A stretch of DNA of 64,000 bases from Patescibacteria group bacterium (GCA_035506195.1 DATJPV010000036.1:16100-80099); one strand, 5' to 3'; positions 48,014 to 57,301 are shown, counted from the first letter of the stretch. Notes: a model not told the origin generated them from the letters alone. A program made the numbers and translations.

Positions 48014-48786
48014 TGACAAAATATTGCCGTGCCCTGACGTGTATCCTATTGTGGTGTGCTGCGCTTATTGCGGAAGCTTACGCGTTCAGCATCGAGCCGG
48101 GCCGGATCGAACTGGCTATCCCCGCGGGCCGGCAGAGAGGCAAGACCGTTACGATAGACAATCGGGATTCGGATGAGTCCCTGCACTTGAAGATATACGC
48201 TACCGACGTGATCTTCCTGCCCGATGGTACGAATGACTTTCCGCAGGCCGGCGCTACTGCCTGGTCTTGCGTAAAATGGGTGCGGGTAACCCCCGATGAG
48301 ATCGATGTCCCCGCAAAAAAGACACAGACCGTACGCGTCAACGTCACGGTCCCGCAAGGGGCCCAGGGCGGCTATTACGGGATGCTTTTCTTTGAATCCG
48401 GCATGCCCAGCCCCGCTAAGGGGCTCAATATCAACTTCCGCGTGGGCGGCCTTGTCGATGTGTCCGTCCCGGGCACCGAACAGTTCAGCGCCAAGGTCGC
48501 GCATATCAGCCTGTCTAGCCCCAAGAAGATCGAGGTCGGGATCTTTAATGAAGGCAATGTGTTGGTCAGGCCCAAGGGCAAAGTGAAGATCATGGATGCC
48601 CGCGGCAAAAGAATAAAACAAATTGATTTTAACCCCGCGGGATGGGGAGTGCTGCCTCGCAGCCTGCGCAAACTATACGTGGACCTGGACAAGCCTTTGA
48701 CGAGCGGGCAGTATACTATCCGGGTCGAGATCAACTACGGAACGAAGTACTTGTTGGTAGGAGAATCTCCGGTGCAGGTGCAATGA
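48010..48786 (+). CDS. Periplasmic PapD-like chaperone candidate (pattern-based)
   Basis: Signal peptide. The N-terminal FSIEPGRIELAIPAGRQRGKTVTIDNRDSDESLHLKIY matches the PapD-family A1/B1 strand pattern. Two beta-rich halves. TGA overlaps the next ATG. Confidence 0.4.
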   Translation: MMTKYCRALTCILLWCAALIAEAYAFSIEPGRIELAIPAGRQRGKTVTIDNRDSDESLHLKIYATDVIFLPDGTNDFPQAGATAWSCVKWVRVTPDEIDVPAKKTQTVRVNVTVPQGAQGGYYGMLFFESGMPSPAKGLNINFRVGGLVDVSVPGTEQFSAKVAHISLSSPKKIEVGIFNEGNVLVRPKGKVKIMDARGKRIKQIDFNPAGWGVLPRSLRKLYVDLDKPLTSGQYTIRVEINYGTKYLLVGESPVQVQ

Positions 48787-51700
48787 TGGGCGGCCAATGG
48801 CCTAAAATAAAAAAAGTAGCGGCATTGGCAGTGGCGGCGGTTTTTCTTGTCAGCCACTGCGGGTTCGCCGGCGTTGTACCCGGCGCAATGGCCGCTGACT
48901 ATTTGTTCGAGGTCGGTAAGCATTTTTATGACCAGGGCCGTTATGCGGATGCGCTGCATGAGTTCCACAAGGCCCTCATGCTTAACCCCGTCCATAAAGA
49001 GGTGCTGCGGTATATCGGCCTGATCACCGGCGCTGCGCAAGAAGTCTACATGGAAAAAGGCGTGGCGGTAGGCGCCGAGGCTCCTGGCGCGCCCAGGCCC
49101 AAAAGAGCAGTCTCTCCGGTAGGAACCCCTTTGATAACGATGCCCGGGCAGGCGCCTGCCGTGGCGCCTGCCGTGCTGCCAAAGCCGCAAAAGTCCCGGG
49201 AACAGTCTCTGGCCGAAGCCTTGAACGCCCAAGAGGCCGCAGTGCACCCAGGGCCGCAGGTTCCGGCTAAACCCGTGGCGCCTGTTGTTGTTCCCCGCGC
49301 TGCCGTTACTCCCGCACCTGCTGTCCCCGCAGCAAAAGAAGAGGCCGCGGAAACAGAAGGCCCCCGCTTGAACCTGTCCGCCATACAGCCTGCAGCCGTC
49401 AAGAAAGCCGGCGAGATCAGCCTTTTCATCAACGGCCAGGAAGTTTCCCTTGAGGAAGCCGTCCTCTTTAAAGACGGCCAGATCCTGGTGCCCCTGAAAG
49501 CAATAGCCCCTAAGTTATACTATAACCTTTTAGACCTCCAGGGCGGAAAATTTTCGCTCATCAACCCGGAAGGCAAAGCCCGCGATATCGCCGCCGTGCT
49601 TCAAGACGGCAAGCCGATGCTCGATGAAGGGCAGATCCGGGAGTATTTTTCTGCCCGTACCCGTTATGACGCCCAAGCCAAGGCCTTTTACATCGATACC
49701 CAGGCAAGCCAGGGCCTGAAATTGTATGTCCTGGAAAGGCCGCCGGAAGAAATACAGAAAGAAGCCCAGCAGCAAAAAGTCATTGCGCAGGCAACCGCCG
49801 TTCCGGAAAAACCCTCTGTTATCCCCGATGCAGCCCGGCCTTCGCTGGATGTCAGAGGCAACCTCAATTACACGTATTTCAAATATCATGTACTTCCGGT
49901 ATATCACGACCTTTCCTCCAGCCTTTACGGCCGGCTTTACGATTACAACCTGGCTTACCGCTCGGAATATAAAGATATAAACGGGCCGGTAAAGAACGAT
50001 TATACGACCATGTCTTTGTCTAAGCCGGGCATATACTACGGATTTTTCGACCAGTCGGCAGACCTGTATCCGCTGCGCCTGCAGTCAAGCGAGTTTACCG
50101 GCATCAAGGTGGTCCGCTCCCGGAATGAACTGACCAATACGACCCTCTGGGGCGGCCAGACCGAGAATACCATTGCCGGCACAAGCGGTTCGGTCAAGTA
50201 CCTCGGCAAGCTCTTTGGGGCAAGCCAGGATTTTTCGCCTATATACTGGTTGCACCTGAAGGGCGGGATGCTCTACACGGATAATACCGCAGACCAGCCT
50301 TCCCAGGTCGGCACCACTTCATACCCTCGCCAGAATTTCGTTACGTATTCCAACATAGCGCTGCAGCTGCCGCAGAGCACTACGCTTACCCTTTCCGGAG
50401 CCCACTGTTATTATTATCCCGATTATGCCCCCGATAGCGTGGCGATCCAGGATTGGGATTGGCGCATCGGCACGAATACGAATAAGCCGCGCTATAGCCT
50501 CGGTTTTGCGTATGAGAGGGTCGGCGAAAATTACGTCTCTATCGGGGACTCCGGCATTTACCAGGATTACCAGGGATGGGACCTTTACGGCGGCTGGAGG
50601 CCCACTGACCACTGGTCCATATTCACCAACGCCTCGCAGTACCATGATAACGTCTCGGATGACCCCCAGTCGGTTACTACCTATGCATCCAATTACGGCC
50701 TGTCTTCCGCTTACCGCATTACCGGGGACCAGACCGTTAACCTTATGTACAACCATTTTGTTTCGAATCCCGAAGGTCCGGCAGCCGGCCCCAGCGGCGT
50801 CAGCAACGTCTACCGGATAGACTATTTCCTGCCGCTTTTTTATCAGGTCCGCGGCTCGCTGAACTATGCGCTTACTCACTCCGATTCCGGCGGCTCCTTC
50901 GATTACGACGCCCCCAGCATAGGCGGGACCTTGTTCAGGTCGTTTGGCCAGGGCTCCAGCTGGTACCTGAGCCAGCAGGCAACCAATACCCTTTACCGGA
51001 ACCGGCCGGATAGCCACGACTACACCACGACCTTTAACCTGTATTATGCCATCAATCCGCTTTTGGCCGCGTATTTCAACGCCTCCTATGTCAGGAATGA
51101 CACCGATGGGGCGCACTCCACGAATCAGCTCTCCGGTGCTTTAGGGACCAGGTATAGCCTGTTCCCGGATACCACGTTAAGCTTCGAGTACAGCATCAAT
51201 TCGTATGACTTGCGCACGGAAAGAGACCGCTGGCCGAAAAGCTGGTCCATGCTTTTCTACGTAGCGCAAGGGTTCCAGATCAAGACCTCCCCGAATTTCG
51301 GTACGCTTGAAGGCCGGGTTTTCCAGGACCTCAACGATAACGGCAGGTGGGATTCCGGCGAACCCGGGGTGGAGGGAGCGCTTGTATACCTGGACGACAG
51401 GAGAGAGGCGACTACCGATGCGCGCGGGTATTTCAAGATCAACTATATGAATCCGATCCCGCAAAAAGTGTACCTGGACCTGGCGACGGTACCGCCGGAA
51501 TGGATGACCGCCCAGACGGAACAGTGGGTCCAGGTCAAGCCCAGGCGGGCATCGACGGTCGTCTTTGCCTTGCGCAAGGCCGCCGGCATCAAAGGGCGCG
51601 TCTTTGTCGACCAGAACGGCGACGGCATCTTCCAGGAAACGGAAGAGCCGCTGGAAAGCGTGGTCTTAAAACTCTCCCCGGGCGATCATATCACCCAGAC

Positions 51701-51881
51701 CAACGCCGACGGAGAGTTCAAGTTCGAATCCCTGGCGCCGGGGCACTATGCCCTGTCGATCTCCCCGGACGGGATCCCGACGGGTTATGAACTTACCTCC
51801 AAATCGGAAATAAAAATGGACCTGGCCGCAGGGGCACAGGTCCATGATACCAACTTTGCTCTCAAGCTTTCTACCCGCTAA
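48783..51881 (+). CDS. Large outer-membrane protein: TPR-like N-term, Pro/Ala linker, Cu-amine-oxidase-N1-like domain, beta-barrel-like region, two C-terminal CnaB/SdrD-B-like beta-sandwich domains (usher-like domain order)
   Basis: Signal peptide MMGGQWPKIKKVAALAVAAVFLVSHCGFAG. A TPR-like segment (GRYADALHEFHKALMLNP), ISLFINGQEVSLEEAVLFKDGQILVPLKAIAP, about 530 aa rich in alternating Y/S/T/N/G, then two copies of GRVF.D.N.NG..D..E.G. The ORF track also starts in-frame at 48642. Confidence 0.5.
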   Translation: MMGGQWPKIKKVAALAVAAVFLVSHCGFAGVVPGAMAADYLFEVGKHFYDQGRYADALHEFHKALMLNPVHKEVLRYIGLITGAAQEVYMEKGVAVGAEAPGAPRPKRAVSPVGTPLITMPGQAPAVAPAVLPKPQKSREQSLAEALNAQEAAVHPGPQVPAKPVAPVVVPRAAVTPAPAVPAAKEEAAETEGPRLNLSAIQPAAVKKAGEISLFINGQEVSLEEAVLFKDGQILVPLKAIAPKLYYNLLDLQGGKFSLINPEGKARDIAAVLQDGKPMLDEGQIREYFSARTRYDAQAKAFYIDTQASQGLKLYVLERPPEEIQKEAQQQKVIAQATAVPEKPSVIPDAARPSLDVRGNLNYTYFKYHVLPVYHDLSSSLYGRLYDYNLAYRSEYKDINGPVKNDYTTMSLSKPGIYYGFFDQSADLYPLRLQSSEFTGIKVVRSRNELTNTTLWGGQTENTIAGTSGSVKYLGKLFGASQDFSPIYWLHLKGGMLYTDNTADQPSQVGTTSYPRQNFVTYSNIALQLPQSTTLTLSGAHCYYYPDYAPDSVAIQDWDWRIGTNTNKPRYSLGFAYERVGENYVSIGDSGIYQDYQGWDLYGGWRPTDHWSIFTNASQYHDNVSDDPQSVTTYASNYGLSSAYRITGDQTVNLMYNHFVSNPEGPAAGPSGVSNVYRIDYFLPLFYQVRGSLNYALTHSDSGGSFDYDAPSIGGTLFRSFGQGSSWYLSQQATNTLYRNRPDSHDYTTTFNLYYAINPLLAAYFNASYVRNDTDGAHSTNQLSGALGTRYSLFPDTTLSFEYSINSYDLRTERDRWPKSWSMLFYVAQGFQIKTSPNFGTLEGRVFQDLNDNGRWDSGEPGVEGALVYLDDRREATTDARGYFKINYMNPIPQKVYLDLATVPPEWMTAQTEQWVQVKPRRASTVVFALRKAAGIKGRVFVDQNGDGIFQETEEPLESVVLKLSPGDHITQTNADGEFKFESLAPGHYALSISPDGIPTGYELTSKSEIKMDLAAGAQVHDTNFALKLSTR

Positions 51882-51884
51882 CCT

Positions 51885-52106
51885 CTAGTTCTTCGCATAC
51901 GCGACCTGCGTATCCTCCTGTTGGTTCTGTTGCTCGGTTTTTTCCTCCTGCACAATCTGGGTTTGCGTTGCCGTCTCCCGCGCAGGGATGATGATGATGA
52001 CGGTGGCAGTAGCGCTTGCCTGTCCGGCATACACACAGTGGACCGGGATGCACAAAGATGCGAGCGTTGCGAATACGAGTATAAAGACTGTCAGTGTCTT
52101 TTTCAT
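51885..52106 (-). CDS. Small secreted peptide (73 aa) with donor-strand-like ATATVIIII motif and Gln/Glu/Thr-rich tail
   Basis: Strong ribosome-binding site AAGGAGG. Signal peptide ending VYAG. Mature N-terminus QASATATVIIIIPA resembles subunit 1 (TSTATATVTATV). Convergent with the outer-membrane-protein gene. Confidence 0.55.
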   Translation of the reverse strand: MKKTLTVFILVFATLASLCIPVHCVYAGQASATATVIIIIPARETATQTQIVQEEKTEQQNQQEDTQVAYAKN

Positions 52107-52207
52107 CTGTTGCCTCCTTTGAAAGTTTACGCCTTCAGGCCGTAAACTTTCAGGCGCTGGCGAAAGTCGGACGCCCGCCGGGTGTGGGCGTCCGGCTTAC
52201 AACCAGT

Positions 52208-52471
52208 TCACCTTCCGTGGCCGGTGGTGGTACGTTGTCCCAAAACCTCCAGGACCCGACTTTCAAAATCCCTTTCAGACTTTATATTTTCTCCGGTGAT
52301 CCCCAGGTCTTTGACGAAATCGATCACCCAGGCGATCAATTTTGCCCGGGAGACCTTCAGGCCGGTAGAAAAGAGGGCGTCTTTTCCCATCTTGTCCAGG
52401 AAATCCACTTCTTCCCGGTTCAGGAAGGTCACAACGCGCTGATTTTTTTCTTCGGCAAGCACTGCGTCCAT
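52208..52471 (-). CDS. Small cytoplasmic protein, possible ribbon-helix-helix (CopG/Arc-like) regulator
   Basis: GGAG ribosome-binding site. The QRVVTFLNREEVDFLDKMGKD segment fits an RHH beta-strand plus helix. Preferred over the overlapping + ORF 52094..52534. Confidence 0.45.
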   Translation of the reverse strand: MDAVLAEEKNQRVVTFLNREEVDFLDKMGKDALFSTGLKVSRAKLIAWVIDFVKDLGITGENIKSERDFESRVLEVLGQRTTTGHGR

Positions 52472-52726
52472 TTGAATCTCCTATATAATGAAAACGGCCC
52501 CGTTACATTTCTGGGGCCGCATAAAAAACCCTAAAGAGGTCTTTAGGGTTTTTCTCCTCTTTGGCAGCTCAGCCTCCCGCTTGCGCGGGACTGTAGCTTT
52601 GCGCCCCAGCATTACTGCTAGTTAGCCTTTATCAGTAGGTCTTCCTAATTGTCAATTCAAGTATAGCACATTGTGGTAAGATTTCAAGGTTGCCAAAAGA
52701 TTTTTTTTACATTTTACAAATTGCGC

Positions 52727-52781
52727 AAAAAACCCAGACCGTTTCTGGTTTTTTTAAAAACCAGAAACGGTCTGGGTTTTT
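52727..52781. repeat. Perfect 55-bp palindrome = two back-to-back hairpin+T-tract units (bidirectional terminator-like)
   Basis: AAAAAACCCAGACCGTTTCTGGTTTTTTT | AAAAACCAGAAACGGTCTGGGTTTTT; each half contains a CCAGA-CCGTT-TCTGG hairpin. Confidence 0.7.
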
Positions 52782-52785
52782 GGGG

Positions 52786-52814
52786 TTGACTTTTTGCGGA
52801 AAGGGTGTTATGAT
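52786..52814 (+). promoter_or_regulatory. Putative sigma70 promoter (extended -10) for gatCAB
   Basis: TTGACT (52786-52791), 17 nt, TGtTATGAT (-10 at 52809-52814). AAGGAG ribosome-binding site before the gatC ATG. Confidence 0.55.
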
Positions 52815-52845
52815 TAGCTTAACTTATTGGCAGTAAAGGAGTAAA

Positions 52846-53133
52846 ATGGCGATCACCAAACAGAGCATCGAGTATGTTGCGCACCTTTCGCGTATCGATT
52901 TGAGCCCCGAAGAGCTGGAAAAGTTTTCCGGGCAGCTGGCGCAGATCGTCGCTTTTATCGACAAGTTAAAACAACTGGACGTGGAACACGTAAGCCCCAC
53001 GAGTCATATCCTGCCTATACAGAACGTGTTGAGACAGGATGTTCCCGGTCAATCCCTGCCCGTCGCGCAGGTCCTTGCGGACGCACCGAAACAGCAAGAT
53101 AACCTATTCGCCGTCCCCAAGATCATCGACTAA
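52846..53133 (+). CDS. gatC: Glutamyl/aspartyl-tRNA amidotransferase subunit C
   Basis: [34 protein letters not shown] GatC signature. Confidence 0.9.
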   Translation: MAITKQSIEYVAHLSRIDLSPEELEKFSGQLAQIVAFIDKLKQLDVEHVSPTSHILPIQNVLRQDVPGQSLPVAQVLADAPKQQDNLFAVPKIID

Positions 53134-53134
53134 T

Positions 53135-54583
53135 ATGGAGTTTCACACACTCACCGCACACGAACTTCTGCCACTTATTAAAGACGGTAAAGCCGAACCG
53201 CTTCAGGTGCTGCGATCCCTGGAAAAACGGATCCGAGGCGTAGATCCCCGCGTAAAGGCTTACGTGCGCTTCCATGAATCCCTGGAACATACCGAAGCCA
53301 AGGCCGGGGAGGGTGTGTTGGCCGGCATCCCGGTTACGGTCAAAGATATCATTTGCACGCGCGATTTCAATACCGAATGTTGTTCGCGCATACTGGAAGG
53401 ATTTAGACCGCCGTACGATGCGACGGTAATCAGAAAATTAAAAGAAGCCGGGGCGATCATCCTGGGTACCAAGGTCAACATGGATGAGTTTGCGTTCGGC
53501 TCTTCGACCGAGAACTCCCGTTTCGGCCCGACGCATAACCCTTGGGACCTGGCGCGCGTGCCCGGCGGCTCCTCCGGCGGCTCCAGCGCTGCGGTTGCCG
53601 CGGATGAGGCGATCATTTCCCTGGGGACGGATACCGGCGGCTCGATCCGCCAGCCTGCTTCTTTCTGCGGGGTGGTCGGCCTGAAGCCCACCTATGGCCG
53701 GGTTTCCCGTTACGGCCTGATCGCCTTTGCCTCCAGCCTTGACCAGATCGGCCCGATCACCAAAGATGTCCGGGATTGCGCCTTGCTTATGAATACGATC
53801 TCCGGATACGACCCTCATGATTCTACCTCCGTTGACGAGCCGGTCCCGGATTATACCGCCGCGCTTACCGGAGACATCAAGGGTTTGAAGATCGGCATTC
53901 CCGACGAATATTTCGTCGAGGGCATGGACCCCGAGGTCAAGGCGATCGTAGGGGAGGCGATCCAGCAGCTTAAAAAATTAGGGGCAACGCATACGCCGGT
54001 ATCCCTGCCGCATACCGAATACGCGGTCCCGGTGTACTACATTATCGCTACCGCCGAAGCCAGCTCCAATCTGGCCAGGTTCGACGGCGTCCAGTACGGC
54101 TGGCGCGCAGAGGCGGTTAAGGCCCGGGGCCAGAACCTCATTGAAATGTATTCACAAACCAGAGGCCAGGCTTTCGGGGATGAGGTAAAGCGCAGGATCA
54201 TCCTGGGGACTTTCGCGCTTTCCCATGGCTATTACGATGCGTATTACCTGCGCGCCCTCAAAGTGCGCACCTTGATCAAAAACGATTTTGACGCGGTATT
54301 CAAGCAATTTGATTGTATTGTGACGCCGACCTCTCCCACGCCGGCATTCCGGATCGGAGAGAAGGCCGCAGACCCTCTGCAGATGTACCTGTCGGATATC
54401 TACACCATTTCGGTCAACCTTGCCGGGATACCGGCGATATCCGTGCCCTGCGGGTTTACCCGCAACGGGCTTCCGGTAGGGCTGCAGATCCTGGCCAAGC
54501 CCTTTGCCGAAGAGACGCTTTTGCGGGTGGCTCATGCCTACGAGCAGAGCACGGCCTGGCACACAATGAAACCGAAATTATAA
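53135..54583 (+). CDS. gatA: Glutamyl/aspartyl-tRNA amidotransferase subunit A
   Basis: Amidase signature [13 protein letters not shown] and GatA N-terminus [12 protein letters not shown]. Start at 53135 within the longer ORF. Confidence 0.9.
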   Translation: MEFHTLTAHELLPLIKDGKAEPLQVLRSLEKRIRGVDPRVKAYVRFHESLEHTEAKAGEGVLAGIPVTVKDIICTRDFNTECCSRILEGFRPPYDATVIRKLKEAGAIILGTKVNMDEFAFGSSTENSRFGPTHNPWDLARVPGGSSGGSSAAVAADEAIISLGTDTGGSIRQPASFCGVVGLKPTYGRVSRYGLIAFASSLDQIGPITKDVRDCALLMNTISGYDPHDSTSVDEPVPDYTAALTGDIKGLKIGIPDEYFVEGMDPEVKAIVGEAIQQLKKLGATHTPVSLPHTEYAVPVYYIIATAEASSNLARFDGVQYGWRAEAVKARGQNLIEMYSQTRGQAFGDEVKRRIILGTFALSHGYYDAYYLRALKVRTLIKNDFDAVFKQFDCIVTPTSPTPAFRIGEKAADPLQMYLSDIYTISVNLAGIPAISVPCGFTRNGLPVGLQILAKPFAEETLLRVAHAYEQSTAWHTMKPKL

Positions 54584-54587
54584 TACC

Positions 54588-56015
54588 ATGGCATACGAAA
54601 CGGTTATCGGGCTGGAAGTCCACGTACACTTAAAGACCAAAACCAAGGCCTTCTGCGGCTGTTCGACGGAATTCGGCAATCCCCCCAATACGCAGGTCTG
54701 CCCCGTCTGCCTGGGGTTTCCGGGTTCGCTGCCGGTACTCAATACCGCCGCGCTTGACCATGCGATCAAGGTGGGCATTGCCTTGAACTGCACGGTGCAG
54801 GAGTATACGAAGTTCGACCGCAAGCATTACTACTATCCCGACCTGCCCAAAAACTACCAGATATCCCAATATGACCTGCCGGTATCCAAGGATGGGTTCC
54901 TGGATGTCGGCACAAGGCGCATCCGCATCAAGCGCGCCCATCTGGAGGAAGACGCAGGCAAGCTGATGCATGCTTCCCAGATAAGCCTGGTTGATTTCAA
55001 CCGCAGCGGCGTCCCCCTGCTTGAGATCGTCAGCGAACCGGACATCCGCTCTCCCCAGGAGGCGTATGAATACCTGGCGGCGTTAAAGAGTATCCTTGAA
55101 TACCTGGAGGTCTCGGACTGCGATATGGAGAAAGGGTCTTTGCGCTGCGACGCCAATGTTTCAATAAGGCCGCAAGGCAGCCGGGAACTGGGGACCAAGA
55201 CGGAGCTGAAGAACATGAATTCGTTTAAAGCCGTCAAAGACGCGCTCGCCTTCGAGATAACCCGGCAGACAGAGCTCGTCGAGCAGGGCGGCCAAGTCGT
55301 TCAGGACACCCGGTTATGGGACCCCAGAGAATCCAAGACCGTTTCCATGCGCACTAAAGAAGAAGCCAAAGATTACCGTTATTTTCCGGAACCGGACCTG
55401 CCGCCGTTTATCATCAGCAAGGAAAAGGTCGAAGCGGTCTGCAAGACCATATCCGAGTTGCCGAAAGAAAAATTGCAGCGTTTTGTGCGGGAGTACGGGC
55501 TGCTTGAGTCTGATGCCAGGATCCTCGTTGCCAATAAAAAAGACGCCGATTACGCCGAAGGCCTGATGCGGGCCTGGCCGGATAAAAATAAAAAGCCGGT
55601 CGTCAACTGGCTCATCGGCCCGCTTGCGGCAGCTGCCTCCGACCATAACACGAGCATCTCGGGGCTGAACATCCCCGGAGGCAACAGCGAGCTTATTAAG
55701 CTGGTGGCGTTCGTAGAGGAAGGTAAGGTCTCCAACCTTACGGCAAAAGAGGTTTTCAGCGACTCGCTTGCAAGCGGTACCCCTGCCTCCGGCATCATCC
55801 AGCAAAAAAACCTGTTTCAGGTGTCCGATACCGGGACTCTTGATACCTATGTCCAGGAAGCGATACGCGATAACGCGCCATCCGTCCTTGCGTACCGCTC
55901 CGGAAAGGCCAATGCGCTTATGTTCCTCGTAGGCCAGGTTATGAAAAAGACAGGCGGCAAAGCCAATCCCAAAGTAGTCCAGGAGATACTCAAGCGGAGG
56001 TTAGATAATGCGTAA
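54588..56015 (+). CDS. gatB: Glutamyl/aspartyl-tRNA amidotransferase subunit B
   Basis: MAYETVIGLEVHVHLKTKTKAFCGC GatB N-terminus. Confidence 0.9.
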   Translation: MAYETVIGLEVHVHLKTKTKAFCGCSTEFGNPPNTQVCPVCLGFPGSLPVLNTAALDHAIKVGIALNCTVQEYTKFDRKHYYYPDLPKNYQISQYDLPVSKDGFLDVGTRRIRIKRAHLEEDAGKLMHASQISLVDFNRSGVPLLEIVSEPDIRSPQEAYEYLAALKSILEYLEVSDCDMEKGSLRCDANVSIRPQGSRELGTKTELKNMNSFKAVKDALAFEITRQTELVEQGGQVVQDTRLWDPRESKTVSMRTKEEAKDYRYFPEPDLPPFIISKEKVEAVCKTISELPKEKLQRFVREYGLLESDARILVANKKDADYAEGLMRAWPDKNKKPVVNWLIGPLAAAASDHNTSISGLNIPGGNSELIKLVAFVEEGKVSNLTAKEVFSDSLASGTPASGIIQQKNLFQVSDTGTLDTYVQEAIRDNAPSVLAYRSGKANALMFLVGQVMKKTGGKANPKVVQEILKRRLDNA

Positions 56016-57288
56016 AAAATTAATTATCCCGGTACTGTTGTGCGCGGCGGTATTATGCATCAGCGCCGTCGTGATGTCCGAGGCGGAAAAAAGCAAGACT
56101 AAAGACGACTGGTACCGCCAGGTGGAGCTGTTCTCCGACGTGCTGGCGCTCATCCGCCAGAATTACGTCACCGAAGTCAACCCCAAAGACCTCATTTACG
56201 GGGCGCTCCGGGGGATGCTTTCCAGCCTTGACGCGCACAGCCAGTTCATGGACCCGGAAACCTACAGCGAGCTCAAAGTTGATACGGAAGGCAAATTCGG
56301 AGGCCTGGGGATAGAGATCACCCTGAAGGACGGGCTCTTGACGGTGGTCACGCCCATCGAAGATACCCCGGCCTGGAAGGCAGGCCTGAAGGCGAATGAC
56401 CGCATCGTCAAGATCGATAACGAGCTTACCCGCGACCTGACGCTTACCGACGCGGTAAAAAAATTGCGGGGCAGGCCCGGGGCGGCGGTAGAGCTTACCA
56501 TCCTGCGGGAATCGGAGAACAAGATCCTGGAGTTCAAGGTGGTCCGGGATATCATCAGGATAAAAGACATAAAAGTTGCCAAGATCCTCGAAGACGGTAT
56601 CGGCTATGTCCGGCTGGTGGAATTCCGGGAGAACACATCCACGGATATGGAGGCAGTGTTAAAGAGGCTTAAGTCAGAGGGGATGCGGGCGCTGGTGCTG
56701 GACCTGCGCAATAACCCCGGGGGCCTCTTGGATGTGGCGGTCGGCGTAGCGGAACGGTTCATCCCCAAAGGAAAGATGATCGTCTATACGCAAGGGCGCC
56801 AGGGCTCTCAGGATTTTAAATTCATCAGCCGCGCCGCTAACCCCATCCTGGACCTGCCCATGGTGGTCCTGGTCAACGAAGGTTCTGCCTCCGGCAGCGA
56901 GATTGTCGCCGGCTGCCTGCAGGACCACAAGAGGGCGATTATCCTGGGGACCAAATCCTTCGGCAAGGGCTCTGTCCAGACGGTGATCCCTCTTTCGGAC
57001 GGCTCGGCGCTGCGGCTGACCACCAGCAAATATTTTACTCCCGCCGGAAGGCAGATCCACGGTAAAGGCGTCATGCCCGATATCGTGGTCGAGAATGCCC
57101 GCGTGGAACCGGTGGATATGACGGCGCTGAGGCCCGATAAGTCGAAAGAGGTTTTTGAGGAGCTTGAGAGCAAAGAACCGAAGAAGCCCGCCGCGCAAGG
57201 CGCAGATTACGATTATCACCTTGATAACCAGCTTATGCACGCCCTGGATGTGCTCAAGGCGGTCATTATCTATAAACCCGCTGCGTAA
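56008..57288 (+). CDS. ctpA: Carboxyl-terminal processing protease (S41, PDZ domain)
   Basis: PDZ (GLGIEI...DGLLTVVTPIEDTPAWKAGL), S41 catalytic region (LVNEGSASGSEIVAG...KSFGKGSVQ). Confidence 0.85.
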   Translation: MRKKLIIPVLLCAAVLCISAVVMSEAEKSKTKDDWYRQVELFSDVLALIRQNYVTEVNPKDLIYGALRGMLSSLDAHSQFMDPETYSELKVDTEGKFGGLGIEITLKDGLLTVVTPIEDTPAWKAGLKANDRIVKIDNELTRDLTLTDAVKKLRGRPGAAVELTILRESENKILEFKVVRDIIRIKDIKVAKILEDGIGYVRLVEFRENTSTDMEAVLKRLKSEGMRALVLDLRNNPGGLLDVAVGVAERFIPKGKMIVYTQGRQGSQDFKFISRAANPILDLPMVVLVNEGSASGSEIVAGCLQDHKRAIILGTKSFGKGSVQTVIPLSDGSALRLTTSKYFTPAGRQIHGKGVMPDIVVENARVEPVDMTALRPDKSKEVFEELESKEPKKPAAQGADYDYHLDNQLMHALDVLKAVIIYKPAA

Positions 57289-57301
57289 CGATTGAACCCA
57301 T

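Noticed and set aside
50319-51116. 265-aa minus-strand ORF
   Set aside because: Lies within the 1032-aa outer-membrane-protein gene on the opposite strand. No support.
52094-52534. 146-aa plus-strand ORF
   Set aside because: Overlaps the minus-strand 87-aa gene, which has a ribosome-binding site and a more protein-like sequence. This + ORF would also read through two terminator-like hairpins.
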